From: Rhodospirillaceae bacterium
Lineage (GTDB): Bacteria; Pseudomonadota; Alphaproteobacteria; Rhodospirillales; UBA2165
NCBI GenBank assembly: GCA_947467145.1
Contig: CANIGJ010000003.1
Span: forward strand, 79,065 to 143,064
Length of the DNA stretch: 64,000 bases
Direction: 5' to 3'
Part shown: positions 1 through 9,660 of the stretch, piece by piece
Numbering within the stretch: the first letter of the stretch is position 1
Layout of the letters: the number at the start of each line of letters is the position of its first letter
Notes under the pieces: generated by a model
Told to the model about the DNA's origin: nothing
Seen by the model: the letters and a program-made list of their open reading frames with translations, nothing else
Databases searched by the model: none
Program-made: the position numbers and the translations under genes

Positions 1-197
1 TTATCTCGGGCCCTGTCCCTGGCCCAAAGGGCCTAGATCGGGACGGGAGGGGCCAATTGCCATGCCACGAGCCGTCTGTCAAAGGGCAATTTTCCACGAA
101 AGGCCCCGAGAAGGTTAAATCCCGCAATGTCGCTACCCGGCTCTGGTCAAACATGGTAAACGCCGACCGCAAGCAGCCAGCCGCAGGACAAGGCACC

Positions 198-1523
198 ATG
201 ACAGCACTCGTTTCCGGCAAGATCGACGCCCTCACCGGTGAAACCCGCGTTCCGGGCGATAAATCGATCTCGCACCGCGCCCTCATGATCGGCGCCAATG
301 CGGTTGGCGAGACGCGCGTGCACGGCCTGCTCGAAGGTGACGATGTGATGGCGACGGCTGAATCCCTGCGCGCGCTGGGCGCCGAGATCACCAAGCTTGC
401 CGACGGCACCTGGCAGGTGTTCGGGTGCGGCGTCGGCGGTCTGCGCGAACCCGCCAGCGTGCTGGACTTACGCAATTCGGGCACCGGTGCGCGCCTGCTG
501 ATGGGCATCGTCGCCGCGCATGGTTTCACCAGTGTGTTTACCGGCGATCATTCGCTGGTCGGCCGTCCGATGGAACGCATCATGGCGCCGCTGCGCCGTA
601 TGGGCGCTTCGTTCGTCGGCCGTTCGGGCGGACGCCTGCCGCTTGCCGTCACCGGAACCGACGCGCCGTTGCCGATCGTCGAGACCTTGAAGGTCGCTTC
701 CGCACAGCTCAAATCGGCGATCCTGTTTTGCGGGCTTAATTCGCCGGGCGTAACCACGGTGATCGAGCCCTCCGCATCGCGCGATCACACCGAAACGTTG
801 CTGCGGCATTTCGGCGCGAAAGTCGAGGTTGCCAAGGAAGGCGCTCTAGGTCGCAGGATTGAGCTTACGGGCCGTCCTGAACTGACCGGCCAAACGGTGA
901 CCGTCCCCGCCGATATTTCATCGGCCGCCTTCCCGATGGTCGCCGCGATCATCGTGCCCGGCAGCCGCGTTGTGTTCCGCGAAGTGGGCCTCAATCCGCT
1001 GCGCACCGGGCTGCTGACGTGCCTGGAGGAGATGGGTGCGAAGGTCGTCGCCACGAACAAGCATTACCAGGGCGGCGAGGATTACGCCGATCTCGAAGTC
1101 TCGTCCTCCGCGCTCAAGGGCATCACCGTGCCGGCCGAACGGGCCCCCGCGATGATCGACGAATATCCGATCCTGGCGGCGGCGGCGGCCTGCGCCGAAG
1201 GAGTGACGCGCTTCGAAGGGGTCGCGGAATTGCGCGTGAAGGAATCCGATCGTCTCGCCGCGATCGCGCAAGGCTTGGCGGCCTGCGGCGTGAAAGTGCA
1301 GGAAGGCGAGGATTGGCTCGAAATCCACGGCCTCGGCAAAGCGCCGAAGGGTGGCGCCACGATTTCGACCCAGCTCGATCATCGCATCGCTATGTCGTTC
1401 CTGGTCCTCGGCATGGCATCCGACAAGGCGATCGCCGTCGATGACGGCAGCCCGATCGCCACCAGCTTCCCCGGTTTTGTGCCCATGATGAACAAGCTGG
1501 GCGCCAAGATTGCTGACGCATGA
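198..1523 (+). CDS. aroA: 3-phosphoshikimate 1-carboxyvinyltransferase (EPSP synthase)
   Basis: ORF 57..1523 trimmed to ATG 198 (MTALVSGKIDALTGETRVPGDKSISHRALM). Family motifs LLEGDDV and ELRVKESDRL. Stop overlaps the cmk start (ATGA). Confidence 0.9.
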   Translation: MTALVSGKIDALTGETRVPGDKSISHRALMIGANAVGETRVHGLLEGDDVMATAESLRALGAEITKLADGTWQVFGCGVGGLREPASVLDLRNSGTGARLLMGIVAAHGFTSVFTGDHSLVGRPMERIMAPLRRMGASFVGRSGGRLPLAVTGTDAPLPIVETLKVASAQLKSAILFCGLNSPGVTTVIEPSASRDHTETLLRHFGAKVEVAKEGALGRRIELTGRPELTGQTVTVPADISSAAFPMVAAIIVPGSRVVFREVGLNPLRTGLLTCLEEMGAKVVATNKHYQGGEDYADLEVSSSALKGITVPAERAPAMIDEYPILAAAAACAEGVTRFEGVAELRVKESDRLAAIAQGLAACGVKVQEGEDWLEIHGLGKAPKGGATISTQLDHRIAMSFLVLGMASDKAIAVDDGSPIATSFPGFVPMMNKLGAKIADA

Positions 1524-2164
1524 CTAACCTCATCGTTGCCGTCGATGGCCCGGCCGCTGCGGGTAAGGGCGAGCTGACCCGCCGCCTGGCGCGCCATTTC
1601 AATCTCGCGCGCCTGGATACCGGATTGCTCTATCGCGCGGTCGGTTGGGCGGTTCTACAGGCCAACGGCGATCCCGCCGACGAAGGTGTGGCCCTGGCGA
1701 AAGCCAAAGCGCTCACCGCAGCCGATCTCGAAAATCCGGATCTCAGGTCCGAAGCCGCCGGCAGTGCGGCCTCCAAGGTCGCCGCGATCCCGGCCGTGCG
1801 CACTCAACTTATTGATTTTCAAAGAGATTTTGCCAAAAATCCGCCCGGAGGCGCCGCCGGCGCCGTGCTCGACGGGCGTGATATCGGCACCGTCATCTGT
1901 CCCGACGCGAACGCTAAGCTGTTCATCACCGCAACGGCGGAAATCCGCGCCGAACGGCGGCTAAAAGAGTTGCAGGCCAAGGGCGTGGAAGCTATAGGTA
2001 GCGCCGTTTTGCGGGACATGATGGAACGCGACGCCCGGGACGCTCAGCGCTCCGTGGCACCACTTGAACCGGCCAAGGACGCCTTCGTCCTCGACACCAG
2101 TGATTTGGACGCCGATGCGGTTTTCGCCGCGGCGGTCGATTTCATTTCCCGCAAAGTGACGTAA
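1520..2164 (+). CDS. cmk: cytidylate kinase
   Basis: 214 aa with P-loop VDGPAAAGKG and LDTGLLYRAVG. Lies between aroA and rpsA, as in many bacteria. Confidence 0.9.
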   Translation: MTNLIVAVDGPAAAGKGELTRRLARHFNLARLDTGLLYRAVGWAVLQANGDPADEGVALAKAKALTAADLENPDLRSEAAGSAASKVAAIPAVRTQLIDFQRDFAKNPPGGAAGAVLDGRDIGTVICPDANAKLFITATAEIRAERRLKELQAKGVEAIGSAVLRDMMERDARDAQRSVAPLEPAKDAFVLDTSDLDADAVFAAAVDFISRKVT

Positions 2165-2244
2165 CTGAAGACCGTAAGGTCACCCTTTAACCCAAGACCG
2201 CCGGATACAACCGGTTGGCCTGAAACATCGAAGAGGAAAACTAC

Positions 2245-4035
2245 ATGGCTGAAGTCCAGTCGCGCAGTGGCGCGCAATCTATCCCGATGACCGACGAAAA
2301 TTTCGCGGACCTTCTCGAACAATCGATGGCAGACGGCACCCGGCTTATCGGCCGCGTGGTGACCGGCAGCATCCTGGCGATCGAAAACGATTTCGTGCTG
2401 GTCGATGTTGGTTTGAAGTCCGAAGGCTCCGTTCCGGTGCGCGAATTCCGCGACGCGAACGGCGATCTCAATGTGAAGACCGGCGACAAGATCGATGTAT
2501 TCGTCGAGCGCTTCGAAGATAAGGACGGCGTCGTTCTGCTGTCGCGCGACAAAGCGCGCCGCGAAGAAGCCTGGACCGTGCTCGAGAAGGCGTTCGCCGC
2601 CCAAGAGCGCGTGACCGGCTTCATCTTCGGCCGCGTCAAAGGCGGTTTCACCGTCGATCTCGCCGGCGCCGTGGCGTTCCTGCCGGGTAGCCAGGTCGAC
2701 ATCCGCCCCGTGCGCGATGCCACGTCGCTGATGAATTCGCCGCAGCCTTTCCAGATCCTGAAAATGGATCGCGGTCGCGGCAACATCGTCGTGTCGCGTC
2801 GTGCGGTGCTTGAAGAGACGCGCGCCGAAGAGCGTTCGGAACTGATCTCCAACCTCAAGGAAGGTCAGGTCCTCGAAGGCGTGGTCAAGAACATCACCGA
2901 TTACGGTGCGTTCGTGGATCTGGGCGGCGTCGACGGCCTGCTGCATGTCACCGACATCGCGTGGCGCCGCATCAACCATCCGTCCGAAGCGCTGCAGATC
3001 GGCCAGACCGTGAAGGTCCAGGTCATCCGCTTCAACCCGGAGAACCAGCGCATCAGCCTCGGCATGAAGCAGCTTGAGTCCGATCCGTGGGAAGGCGTTG
3101 GCGCCAAGTATCCGGTGGGCCTGAAGCTTAACGGTCGCGTCACCAACATCACCGACTACGGCGCATTCGTGGAACTGGAAGAGGGCATCGAAGGCCTCGT
3201 CCACGTTTCCGAAATGAGCTGGACCAAGAAGAACGTCCATCCGGGCAAGATCGTTTCCACTTCGCAAGAAGTCGAAGTGATGGTGCTCGACGTCGATCCG
3301 GTGAAGCGCCGCATTTCGCTTGGCCTCAAGCAGTGCCTGCCGAACCCGTGGATCGATTTCCAGGAGAAGCACACCGTCGGCACGATCGCCGAAGGCGAGA
3401 TCAAGAACATCACCGAGTTCGGTCTGTTCGTCGGTCTCACCGAAGACATCGACGGCATGGTTCACCTGTCAGACATCGATTGGTCCAAGCCGGGCGAAGA
3501 CGCCATCAAGGACTACAAGAAGGGCGATGTCGTTAAGGTGAAGATCCTCGACGTCGATCCGGAGAAGGAACGTATCTCGCTCGGCATCAAGCAGCTGACC
3601 GAAGACACCGTGTCCAAGGGCATGGATCGCATGAAGAAGGGCGATGTCGTCACCTGCACGATCACCGCGATCGTCGAGAACGGCATCGAAGTGCGCATCG
3701 GCGACGATGTGCCGGGCTTCATCCGCCGCTCGGATCTCGCTCGCGACCGTTCCGATCAGCGTCCCGACCGCTTCGCCGTCGGTGAAGTCGTCGATGCGAA
3801 GATCACGGCTGCCGACAAGACAACCCGTAAGCTCACGCTCTCCATCAAGGCGCGCGAGATGGACGAAGAGAAGCAGGCGATGGCCGCCTACGGCTCGTCC
3901 GACTCGGGTGCATCGCTGGGCGATATCCTCGGTGCGGCGCTCAATGCCCGCAACGCGGCCGCCGACGACGACGGCGCTGAGAAGAAAAAGCCTCGCGCCA
4001 AGAAGGCCGCCGCCGACGAAGGCGACGACGAGTAG
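2245..4035 (+). CDS. rpsA: 30S ribosomal protein S1
   Basis: 596 aa with repeated S1 domains (G.V..ITDYGAFVDLGGVDGLLHVTDI and similar). Acidic/Lys-rich tail. Strong terminator downstream. Confidence 0.95.
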   Translation: MAEVQSRSGAQSIPMTDENFADLLEQSMADGTRLIGRVVTGSILAIENDFVLVDVGLKSEGSVPVREFRDANGDLNVKTGDKIDVFVERFEDKDGVVLLSRDKARREEAWTVLEKAFAAQERVTGFIFGRVKGGFTVDLAGAVAFLPGSQVDIRPVRDATSLMNSPQPFQILKMDRGRGNIVVSRRAVLEETRAEERSELISNLKEGQVLEGVVKNITDYGAFVDLGGVDGLLHVTDIAWRRINHPSEALQIGQTVKVQVIRFNPENQRISLGMKQLESDPWEGVGAKYPVGLKLNGRVTNITDYGAFVELEEGIEGLVHVSEMSWTKKNVHPGKIVSTSQEVEVMVLDVDPVKRRISLGLKQCLPNPWIDFQEKHTVGTIAEGEIKNITEFGLFVGLTEDIDGMVHLSDIDWSKPGEDAIKDYKKGDVVKVKILDVDPEKERISLGIKQLTEDTVSKGMDRMKKGDVVTCTITAIVENGIEVRIGDDVPGFIRRSDLARDRSDQRPDRFAVGEVVDAKITAADKTTRKLTLSIKAREMDEEKQAMAAYGSSDSGASLGDILGAALNARNAAADDDGAEKKKPRAKKAAADEGDDE

Positions 4036-4047
4036 TCAAACAATCGG

Positions 4048-4083
4048 AAAAGGCCAGGCTGCAAAGCCTGGCCTTTTTTCTTT
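4048..4083 (+). terminator. Rho-independent terminator after rpsA
   Basis: Perfect stem AAAGGCCAGGCT / AGCCTGGCCTTT with loop GCAA, followed by a T-run (4074..4079) and TTT. Confidence 0.85.
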
Positions 4084-4116
4084 ACGTCTTGTTTGGTCTT
4101 GAGAGGTCTTTGAGCC

Positions 4117-5025
4117 ATGGCTCTCGACGTTGACCGCTATTTCGATCGCCGCCGTCTGACTCGCGCTCTGCGGTTCTGGCGCATCGCGGCGATCGTTGCG
4201 ATTGTGGCATTTGTCGCGGTGGCGATCGGCCGCTCCGATGCCATTCCGCGTGCTTCGGTCGCGTTGCTCGAAGTCCATAACGTCATCTTCGACGATACCG
4301 ACCGTATCGAATTGCTCGACGACATCGCCGCCGACGATCGCGTCAAAGCGCTCATCGTGCATATCGATTCCCCGGGCGGCACCGTGGTCGGTGGCGAAAA
4401 CCTGTATCTGGCGCTGCGCCGCGTCGCCGAGAAGAAGCCGGTGGTCGCCGTCATGGCCGAGCTGGCGACCTCGGCTGGCTATATGGTGGCGCTGGGCACC
4501 GATCATATCGTCGCCCGTCAGGGCACCGTCACCGGTTCCATCGGCGTCTTGATGCAGAGCGTCGAAGTGACCGAACTTATGGCCAAGCTCGGGATTTCGG
4601 CCGACACGATCAAAAGTGCGCCTTTGAAGGCGACGCCCAATCCGATGGAAAAGCTCACCCCGGACGCGCGCGCCGCCGCCCAGGACGTGGTCATGGACAT
4701 GTACGACATGTTCGTCGACATGGTGGCCGAACGGCGCAATATGGACCGCGATGCGACCCTGAAACTGGCCGATGGGCGGGTCTATACCGGCCGCCAGGCC
4801 ATCCAGAATGGCCTGATTGACGAGATCGGCGGCGAACGCGAAGCGCGCGCCTGGCTGAAATCGGCCCGCAACATCGACGATCGTCTCCCGATTTCCGTGG
4901 TCGAGGTCCGCCACGAGAAGGGGTTCCTGTCGGGTATTTTGGACGATCTGATGGGAAAAGCGTTGTTTTCTGAAAGACTTAGACTTGACGGCCTGATCAG
5001 CCTTTGGCACCCTCAGTTGCATTAG
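4117..5025 (+). CDS. sppA: signal peptide peptidase SppA (36K type)
   Basis: N-terminal TM helix. IDSPGGTVVGGE and ELATSAGYMVA motifs of the ClpP/SppA S49 fold. Confidence 0.85.
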   Translation: MALDVDRYFDRRRLTRALRFWRIAAIVAIVAFVAVAIGRSDAIPRASVALLEVHNVIFDDTDRIELLDDIAADDRVKALIVHIDSPGGTVVGGENLYLALRRVAEKKPVVAVMAELATSAGYMVALGTDHIVARQGTVTGSIGVLMQSVEVTELMAKLGISADTIKSAPLKATPNPMEKLTPDARAAAQDVVMDMYDMFVDMVAERRNMDRDATLKLADGRVYTGRQAIQNGLIDEIGGEREARAWLKSARNIDDRLPISVVEVRHEKGFLSGILDDLMGKALFSERLRLDGLISLWHPQLH

Positions 5026-5094
5026 CCGCGACGAACGTCGGTCTCCGGGTGCTGAACTCGAGGAAGCACCGAGAGGGCCGGGACGAAGGCGATC

Positions 5095-5382
5095 ATGACG
5101 AAATCCGAACTCATCGCGTTTCTCGCCGAGGAAAATCCTCATCTCTATCAGCGTGATGTGGAACGCATCGTCACGACGATCTTTGACGAGATCGCGGCGG
5201 CGCTGTCGCGCGGCGATCGCGTGGAATTGCGCGGTTTCGGTGCCTTTTCGGTCAAACGGCGCGACGCCCGGGTGGGGCGCAATCCGCGCACCGGCGATGC
5301 GGTGAGCGTATCGTCGAAGCGTGTTCCCTACTTTAAGACCGGCAAGCAGCTGCGCGAAAAACTCAACCACGGCCTCGGCTGA
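5095..5382 (+). CDS. ihfB: integration host factor beta subunit
   Basis: 95 aa. MTKSELI...[23 protein letters not shown] is the classic IHF/HU arm. Confidence 0.9.
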   Translation: MTKSELIAFLAEENPHLYQRDVERIVTTIFDEIAAALSRGDRVELRGFGAFSVKRRDARVGRNPRTGDAVSVSSKRVPYFKTGKQLREKLNHGLG

Positions 5383-5417
5383 CATCGGTCCTGGGGTTGT
5401 TTTAAGGGACCGACGGA

Positions 5418-5729
5418 GTGCGATTTCTCTCCCTGCTCGCCATGGTGCTGGTCGGCGCCTTTGCCATCCTGTTCGCAGCTTCCAACCGCGAAACGGTCGA
5501 TCTGACCCTGTGGCCGCTACCCTTCAGCCTGCCGGCCCCGGTTTATGCCGTAGCGCTCTCCGCCGTCGCGGTGGGCGTCGTTTGGGGCGGCCTGATCGGT
5601 TGGTTCGCCGCCATTCGTGCCCGGCGCCGGGCGCGCCTGGAAACGCGGCGTGCGGACAGCCTGGAAGCCGACATGGTGCTGCTGCGCCAGCGCATCGACG
5701 GACTGGAGCAACGACCTCCTTCAGTATAG
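5418..5729 (+). CDS. LapA/DUF1049-like small inner-membrane protein
   Basis: 103 aa with two TM helices and a basic coiled C-terminus. Its position after ihfB is typical of lapA-like genes. Confidence 0.6.
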   Translation: MRFLSLLAMVLVGAFAILFAASNRETVDLTLWPLPFSLPAPVYAVALSAVAVGVVWGGLIGWFAAIRARRRARLETRRADSLEADMVLLRQRIDGLEQRPPSV

Positions 5730-5739
5730 AAGGGCGGCC

Positions 5740-6474
5740 ATGACAAACGCCCCCTCGGCCTCCCAGCGCATTTTCGTCCCCCTCGATACACCCGATCTGG
5801 AAAAGGGCCTCGCCCTGGCCAAATCGCTCGTCGGCTTGGTGGGCGGCATCAAGATCGGCAAGGAATTCTTCACGGCACTTGGGCCGCAAGGGGTCGCGCG
5901 CGTCACCGCCGATGTCGGCATGCCGCTGTTCCTCGATCTCAAATTCCACGACATCCCCAATACGGTGGCCGGCGCGATCCGCTCGGGCGTGCACATGAAG
6001 CCGTTGATCATGGACGTCCACACGCAAGGCGCGTCCGCGATGATGAAAGCCGCTGCGGCGGCCGCCGAGGACGAAGCCGCCAAGATCGGCGTGGCGCGTC
6101 CGCTGGTGCTCGGCGTCACCGTGCTCACGTCGCTCGACAATCAAGACCTTGCCGATATCGGCGTTGGCGCCAACACCGCCGATCATGTCGTGCGCCTGGC
6201 GCGCCTCGCGCGCATCAGCGGTCTCGACGGTGTGGTCTGTTCGGGCGAAGAGATTGAACCGCTGCGCGATGCGCTCGGCCCCGATTTCAAATTGCTGGTG
6301 CCGGGTATTCGTCCGGTCTGGGCGGCGGCGGGCGATCAGAAGCGCATTCTCACGCCGGGCGAAGCGGTTAAGCGCGGCGCCGATTTTCTCGTGATCGGCC
6401 GCGCCATCACCGATGCCGAAGATCCGCGCGATGCGGCGCAACGCATCGCCGACGAGATCGCGGCCGCGTTATAG
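5740..6474 (+). CDS. pyrF: orotidine 5'-phosphate decarboxylase
   Basis: ORF 5617..6474 trimmed to ATG 5740 (MTNAPSASQRIFVPLDTPD). Motifs FLDLKFHDIPNTV and FLVIGRAIT. Confidence 0.9.
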   Translation: MTNAPSASQRIFVPLDTPDLEKGLALAKSLVGLVGGIKIGKEFFTALGPQGVARVTADVGMPLFLDLKFHDIPNTVAGAIRSGVHMKPLIMDVHTQGASAMMKAAAAAAEDEAAKIGVARPLVLGVTVLTSLDNQDLADIGVGANTADHVVRLARLARISGLDGVVCSGEEIEPLRDALGPDFKLLVPGIRPVWAAAGDQKRILTPGEAVKRGADFLVIGRAITDAEDPRDAAQRIADEIAAAL

Positions 6475-6490
6475 CCATGCCAATCTACTC

Positions 6491-7138
6491 ATGACAGTCG
6501 AGGTCAAGATCTGCGGGCTTGATCGTGCGGAGGCCGTCGACGCGGCGATTGAGTGTGGGGCGCGCTACACCGGATTCGTTTTCTATCCGCCGAGCCCACG
6601 CAACCTGACGTCGGAGCGCGCCGCGACCTTGACGTCACGCGTGCCGTCCTCGGTTATTAAGGTTGGCCTGTTCGTCGATCCGACCGACGTCGCGATCGAT
6701 GCCGTCCTGGCGCTCAACGCCTTGGATATGATCCAGCTGCACGGCAGCGAGACGCCGGAACGCGTCGCCGAGGTGAAACGCCGTACCGGGCGCGCCGTCA
6801 TGAAGGCGATCAAGATAGCCAGCGCCGACGATGTGGCATCTGCCGCTGCTTATTACAGCGTCGCCGATCGCATCCTGTTCGATGCCCTGGCGCCGGCGTC
6901 GATGGCGAACGCTTTGCCGGGCGGTAACGCCTTGCGGTTCGACTGGATGTTGCTGAATGGCCTTGCTGTACCGCTACCGTGGATGCTGGCGGGCGGGCTG
7001 ACGGCCGACAATCTGGCCGAAGCGATCCGGCTGACCAAGGCGCCCGCGGCCGACGTCTCGTCCGGCGTCGAGGATAAGCCGGGCGTGAAAAGCCTGGATA
7101 AGATCCGGGCTTTCCTAACGGCTGCGCAAAAAATCTAA
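6491..7138 (+). CDS. trpF: phosphoribosylanthranilate isomerase
   Basis: ORF 6413..7138 trimmed to ATG 6491 (MTVEVKICGL). Motifs GFVFYPPSPRN and DVSSGVE. Confidence 0.85.
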   Translation: MTVEVKICGLDRAEAVDAAIECGARYTGFVFYPPSPRNLTSERAATLTSRVPSSVIKVGLFVDPTDVAIDAVLALNALDMIQLHGSETPERVAEVKRRTGRAVMKAIKIASADDVASAAAYYSVADRILFDALAPASMANALPGGNALRFDWMLLNGLAVPLPWMLAGGLTADNLAEAIRLTKAPAADVSSGVEDKPGVKSLDKIRAFLTAAQKI

Positions 7139-8418
7139 AGTTTGGTGACGAGCACCTTGTCGATGCGGCGTCCGTCGAGATCGACGATTTCGAATTTGCA
7201 GCCGTGTGCTTCGATGCAATCGCCGGTCTTGGGAATCTTGCCAAACACGGTGAGCAGGAAGCCTGCCATCGTATGATAGTCGCGGTTCGCCGGTAAGGTG
7301 ATGTGGAAGGCCTCAGCGAATTCGTCGGCCGGCATCGATCCTTCGACGAGGGAGGAACCATCGGCGCGTTCGACGATGTCGGGCGAGGATTCATCGCCGG
7401 CCGAGCGGAAGTCGCCGACGATCGATTCCAGGATATCGGCCGACGTCACCACGCCTTCGAAATGACCGTATTCGTCATGCACCAGGCAGATATGCACGGT
7501 GGCTTCTTTCAACACCGCGACGATGTCGTGGGCATCCATGGTCTCGGGCACGATGGGCGCCACGCGCACGAGGCTGCGCAGGTTGGAGGTCGCGCCTCCT
7601 TTGAGATAAGCGTCGGCGACGTCTTTGGCCTGGATAACGCCGATCACCACGTCGAGCGAGCCGTCGCAGACCGGCAGGCGCGAATGCGGACTTTCCAGGA
7701 TGCGCTTGCGGTTCACGTCGTCGCCGGCGGACAAGTCGATGTAATCGACCTGCAGGCGCGGGGTCATCACCGCGCGCACCGGTCGGTCGCCGAGCCGCAT
7801 GACGCCCGAAATCATCGAGCGTTCCTCGGATGTGAGAATGCCGGAGCTTTCCGCTTCGGCGACAAGCGTGCGGATTTCCTCTTCGCTGACCGTGCTCTCG
7901 GCGACGCTGCGTTGGCCAAGGATCGTCAGGAGAAGCTTGCTCGATTGATCGAGCAGCCAAACGACCGGAAAGGAGAAGCGCGCGAAAATCGTCATCGCCG
8001 GTGCGACGGCGCAGGCCACGATCTCGGGACGGCGCAGCGCGATCTGCTTGGGCACCAATTCGCCGATGATCAGCGAAAAATAGGTGATGATCGAAACCAC
8101 GACGCCCACCGCCAATGGGGCGGCGACGCTCTCCGACATGCCATGGGCCAGCAGCCAATTGGTGAAGCGATCGCCGATGGTGGCGCCGGAAAAGGCGCCG
8201 GCCAGAATTCCGATCAACGTAATGCCGATTTGGACGGTGGATAGGAAGCGGCCGGGATCCTCGGCCAAGACCATGGCGCGCCGTGCGCCGCGCACTTTCT
8301 GCGCAACCATGGCCTTGAGCCGGCTCGTGCGCGATGAAACGACAGCGAGCTCGGACATCGCAAGGAGGCCGTTCACCGCAATCAGCGCGACCACGATGAG
8401 TATTTCGGTAATCAACAT
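7135..8418 (-). CDS. CNNM/TlyC-family (DUF21-CBS-CorC_HlyC) membrane protein
   Basis: Start trimmed to ATG 8418 (MLITEILIVVALIAVNG). Four N-terminal TM helices, a CBS pair and a CorC/HlyC C-terminal domain. Its stop overlaps the trpF stop. Confidence 0.8.
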   Translation of the reverse strand: MLITEILIVVALIAVNGLLAMSELAVVSSRTSRLKAMVAQKVRGARRAMVLAEDPGRFLSTVQIGITLIGILAGAFSGATIGDRFTNWLLAHGMSESVAAPLAVGVVVSIITYFSLIIGELVPKQIALRRPEIVACAVAPAMTIFARFSFPVVWLLDQSSKLLLTILGQRSVAESTVSEEEIRTLVAEAESSGILTSEERSMISGVMRLGDRPVRAVMTPRLQVDYIDLSAGDDVNRKRILESPHSRLPVCDGSLDVVIGVIQAKDVADAYLKGGATSNLRSLVRVAPIVPETMDAHDIVAVLKEATVHICLVHDEYGHFEGVVTSADILESIVGDFRSAGDESSPDIVERADGSSLVEGSMPADEFAEAFHITLPANRDYHTMAGFLLTVFGKIPKTGDCIEAHGCKFEIVDLDGRRIDKVLVTKL

Positions 8419-8486
8419 GGAACGGCGAATGATTGCATAGCCGGCGGGCGGACGCAAATAGCCGCCGCACTACCGGGAATCCGGCT

Positions 8487-8517
8487 AAAAAAAAAGGACA
8501 GCCCGTTGGGCTGTCCT
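8487..8517 (-). terminator. Rho-independent terminator of the DUF4394 gene
   Basis: On the minus strand, AGGACAGCCC-AAC-GGGCTGTCCT is followed by T9 (plus-strand A-run 8487..8495). Confidence 0.85.
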
Positions 8518-8541
8518 CCAGGTTGCATAGGGAGAGTTTGG

Positions 8542-9345
8542 TTACATCGCGGGCAGGATGGCGATATCGCCGATCTTGCCCTTCAGGCCCGTGACGGCGC
8601 CGGCGGATGTGGCCATTCCCGTCGTCAGATCGACCGCGTGCAGTGCGCCACCGGCCAGCAGCCAGGCCGCGTTTTTCGTGCCGTCCGACCAGATATCGAA
8701 CGCGACGGGGCCGTCGAGTTTGACGCCGAGCGCGCCAACGGTGTTAAGCGTGCCGTCATTGGGGGGCGCCTGGCGCACTAGCATGCTGTTGGCAACGTCG
8801 ATATCGAACAAGGTGGTTTCTTTCGTGCCGGCGACACTGTTGGTGTAACCGACGGCCTGCACCTTCGGCGCCTTGCCCATGTTCTTGTCGCTGTCGGCGT
8901 ATTTGAGCTGGCCGTCGACGGTGGCTTTGCCGTCGTCGACATTGACGCGCAGACTCACGCCGCTATCGGAGACGATGCGCAGCCGGTCGGCGGCTGGATT
9001 GAAATCGACCGCGTGCATCGCGTTTTTAGTGAGTGTCTCGGACAGTTGGCTCTTTTTCTCCCATTTGCCGGTTTTCGCATCGATGGTGACGATGGCGCCG
9101 TCGGGCGTCACGCCATAGAGCTTGCCGTCGATGGGCCGCACGTCGAAGCCGATGAGCGAAGCGCCACCGTCGAGATCGACCGATCCGGTCACCATCTTCT
9201 TGTCGGAATCGATCCACACGATCGTTTTGCCGTCTTGCAGCGCGGCAAGCGTCGCGGCCGACGCGGCGCGCACGCCGATGGCGGTTGTCAGAACGAGTGC
9301 GATAGCAACGGCGCCGCCGCCTTTAACGAGGGATTTGACCTGCAT
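8542..9345 (-). CDS. secreted DUF4394-like protein
   Basis: Trimmed to ATG 9345 (MQVKSLVKGGGAVAIALVLTTAIGVRAASA signal peptide) with SD AGGAGA 8 nt upstream. Repeated GFDVRP..G.LYGV pattern that I recall as DUF4394. Confidence 0.7.
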   Translation of the reverse strand: MQVKSLVKGGGAVAIALVLTTAIGVRAASAATLAALQDGKTIVWIDSDKKMVTGSVDLDGGASLIGFDVRPIDGKLYGVTPDGAIVTIDAKTGKWEKKSQLSETLTKNAMHAVDFNPAADRLRIVSDSGVSLRVNVDDGKATVDGQLKYADSDKNMGKAPKVQAVGYTNSVAGTKETTLFDIDVANSMLVRQAPPNDGTLNTVGALGVKLDGPVAFDIWSDGTKNAAWLLAGGALHAVDLTTGMATSAGAVTGLKGKIGDIAILPAM

Positions 9346-9423
9346 GTTGGTTGTCTCCTGTTGGTGCCCTTGGGTCGGGCTAATAGGAGATACGAGATCG
9401 GATCGTGGGTAGATCACGAACAT

Positions 9424-9441
9424 CTGTGACGAAACTGTGAC
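9424..9441 (+). promoter_or_regulatory. direct-repeat box CTGTGAC-GAAA-CTGTGAC
   Basis: Two identical 7-mers with 11-bp periodicity in the divergent DUF4394/ohr intergenic region. The same motif recurs at 55554..55571. Confidence 0.45.
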
Positions 9442-9458
9442 GTCTCTACGCGGCAGGC

Positions 9459-9494
9459 AAAAAGAGAGGGCAGCGGGGGAGCCACTGCCCTCTC
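9459..9494 (-). terminator. orphan terminator-like hairpin
   Basis: 10-bp perfect stem GAGAGGGCAG/CTGCCCTCTC with an 11-nt loop. On the minus strand it is followed directly by T5. No annotated minus-strand gene lies upstream of it. Confidence 0.4.
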
Positions 9495-9660
9495 GGGGTG
9501 TCCGGAACCGGCGAGGACGCGCGGCTACGGAACAGGGAGTCTTTTGTTAAATACGCAGCACGCTCCTGCTTGGATTACCGACACGGCAAAAAAGCCGGAT
9601 GTCGTGACGCCGCAACACTTTGCGGCCTAGACTGGTCGCTCAATAATCAGGAGTTCTCGC

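Noticed and set aside
2044-3465. Very long antisense or overlapping ORFs throughout the track, for example 2044..3465(-), 4036..5385(-), 5524..6441(-), 12644..13657(-), 16427..17548(+), 28301..29446(+), 35715..36917(-), 43220..44236(-), 48994..50406(-) and 62740..63723(+).
   Set aside because: Each lies opposite a confidently identified conserved gene. Each has Arg/Gly/His/Ala/Asp-rich low-complexity composition typical of shadow frames in high-GC DNA, and none shows recognisable motifs.
5005-5021. Sigma-54-like promoter TGGCAC-CCTCAG-TTGCA at the end of sppA, upstream of ihfB.
   Set aside because: The spacing between TGGCAC and TTGC is 6 nt rather than the required 5, and the sequence lies inside the sppA coding frame (SLWHPQLH). 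It is probably fortuitous.
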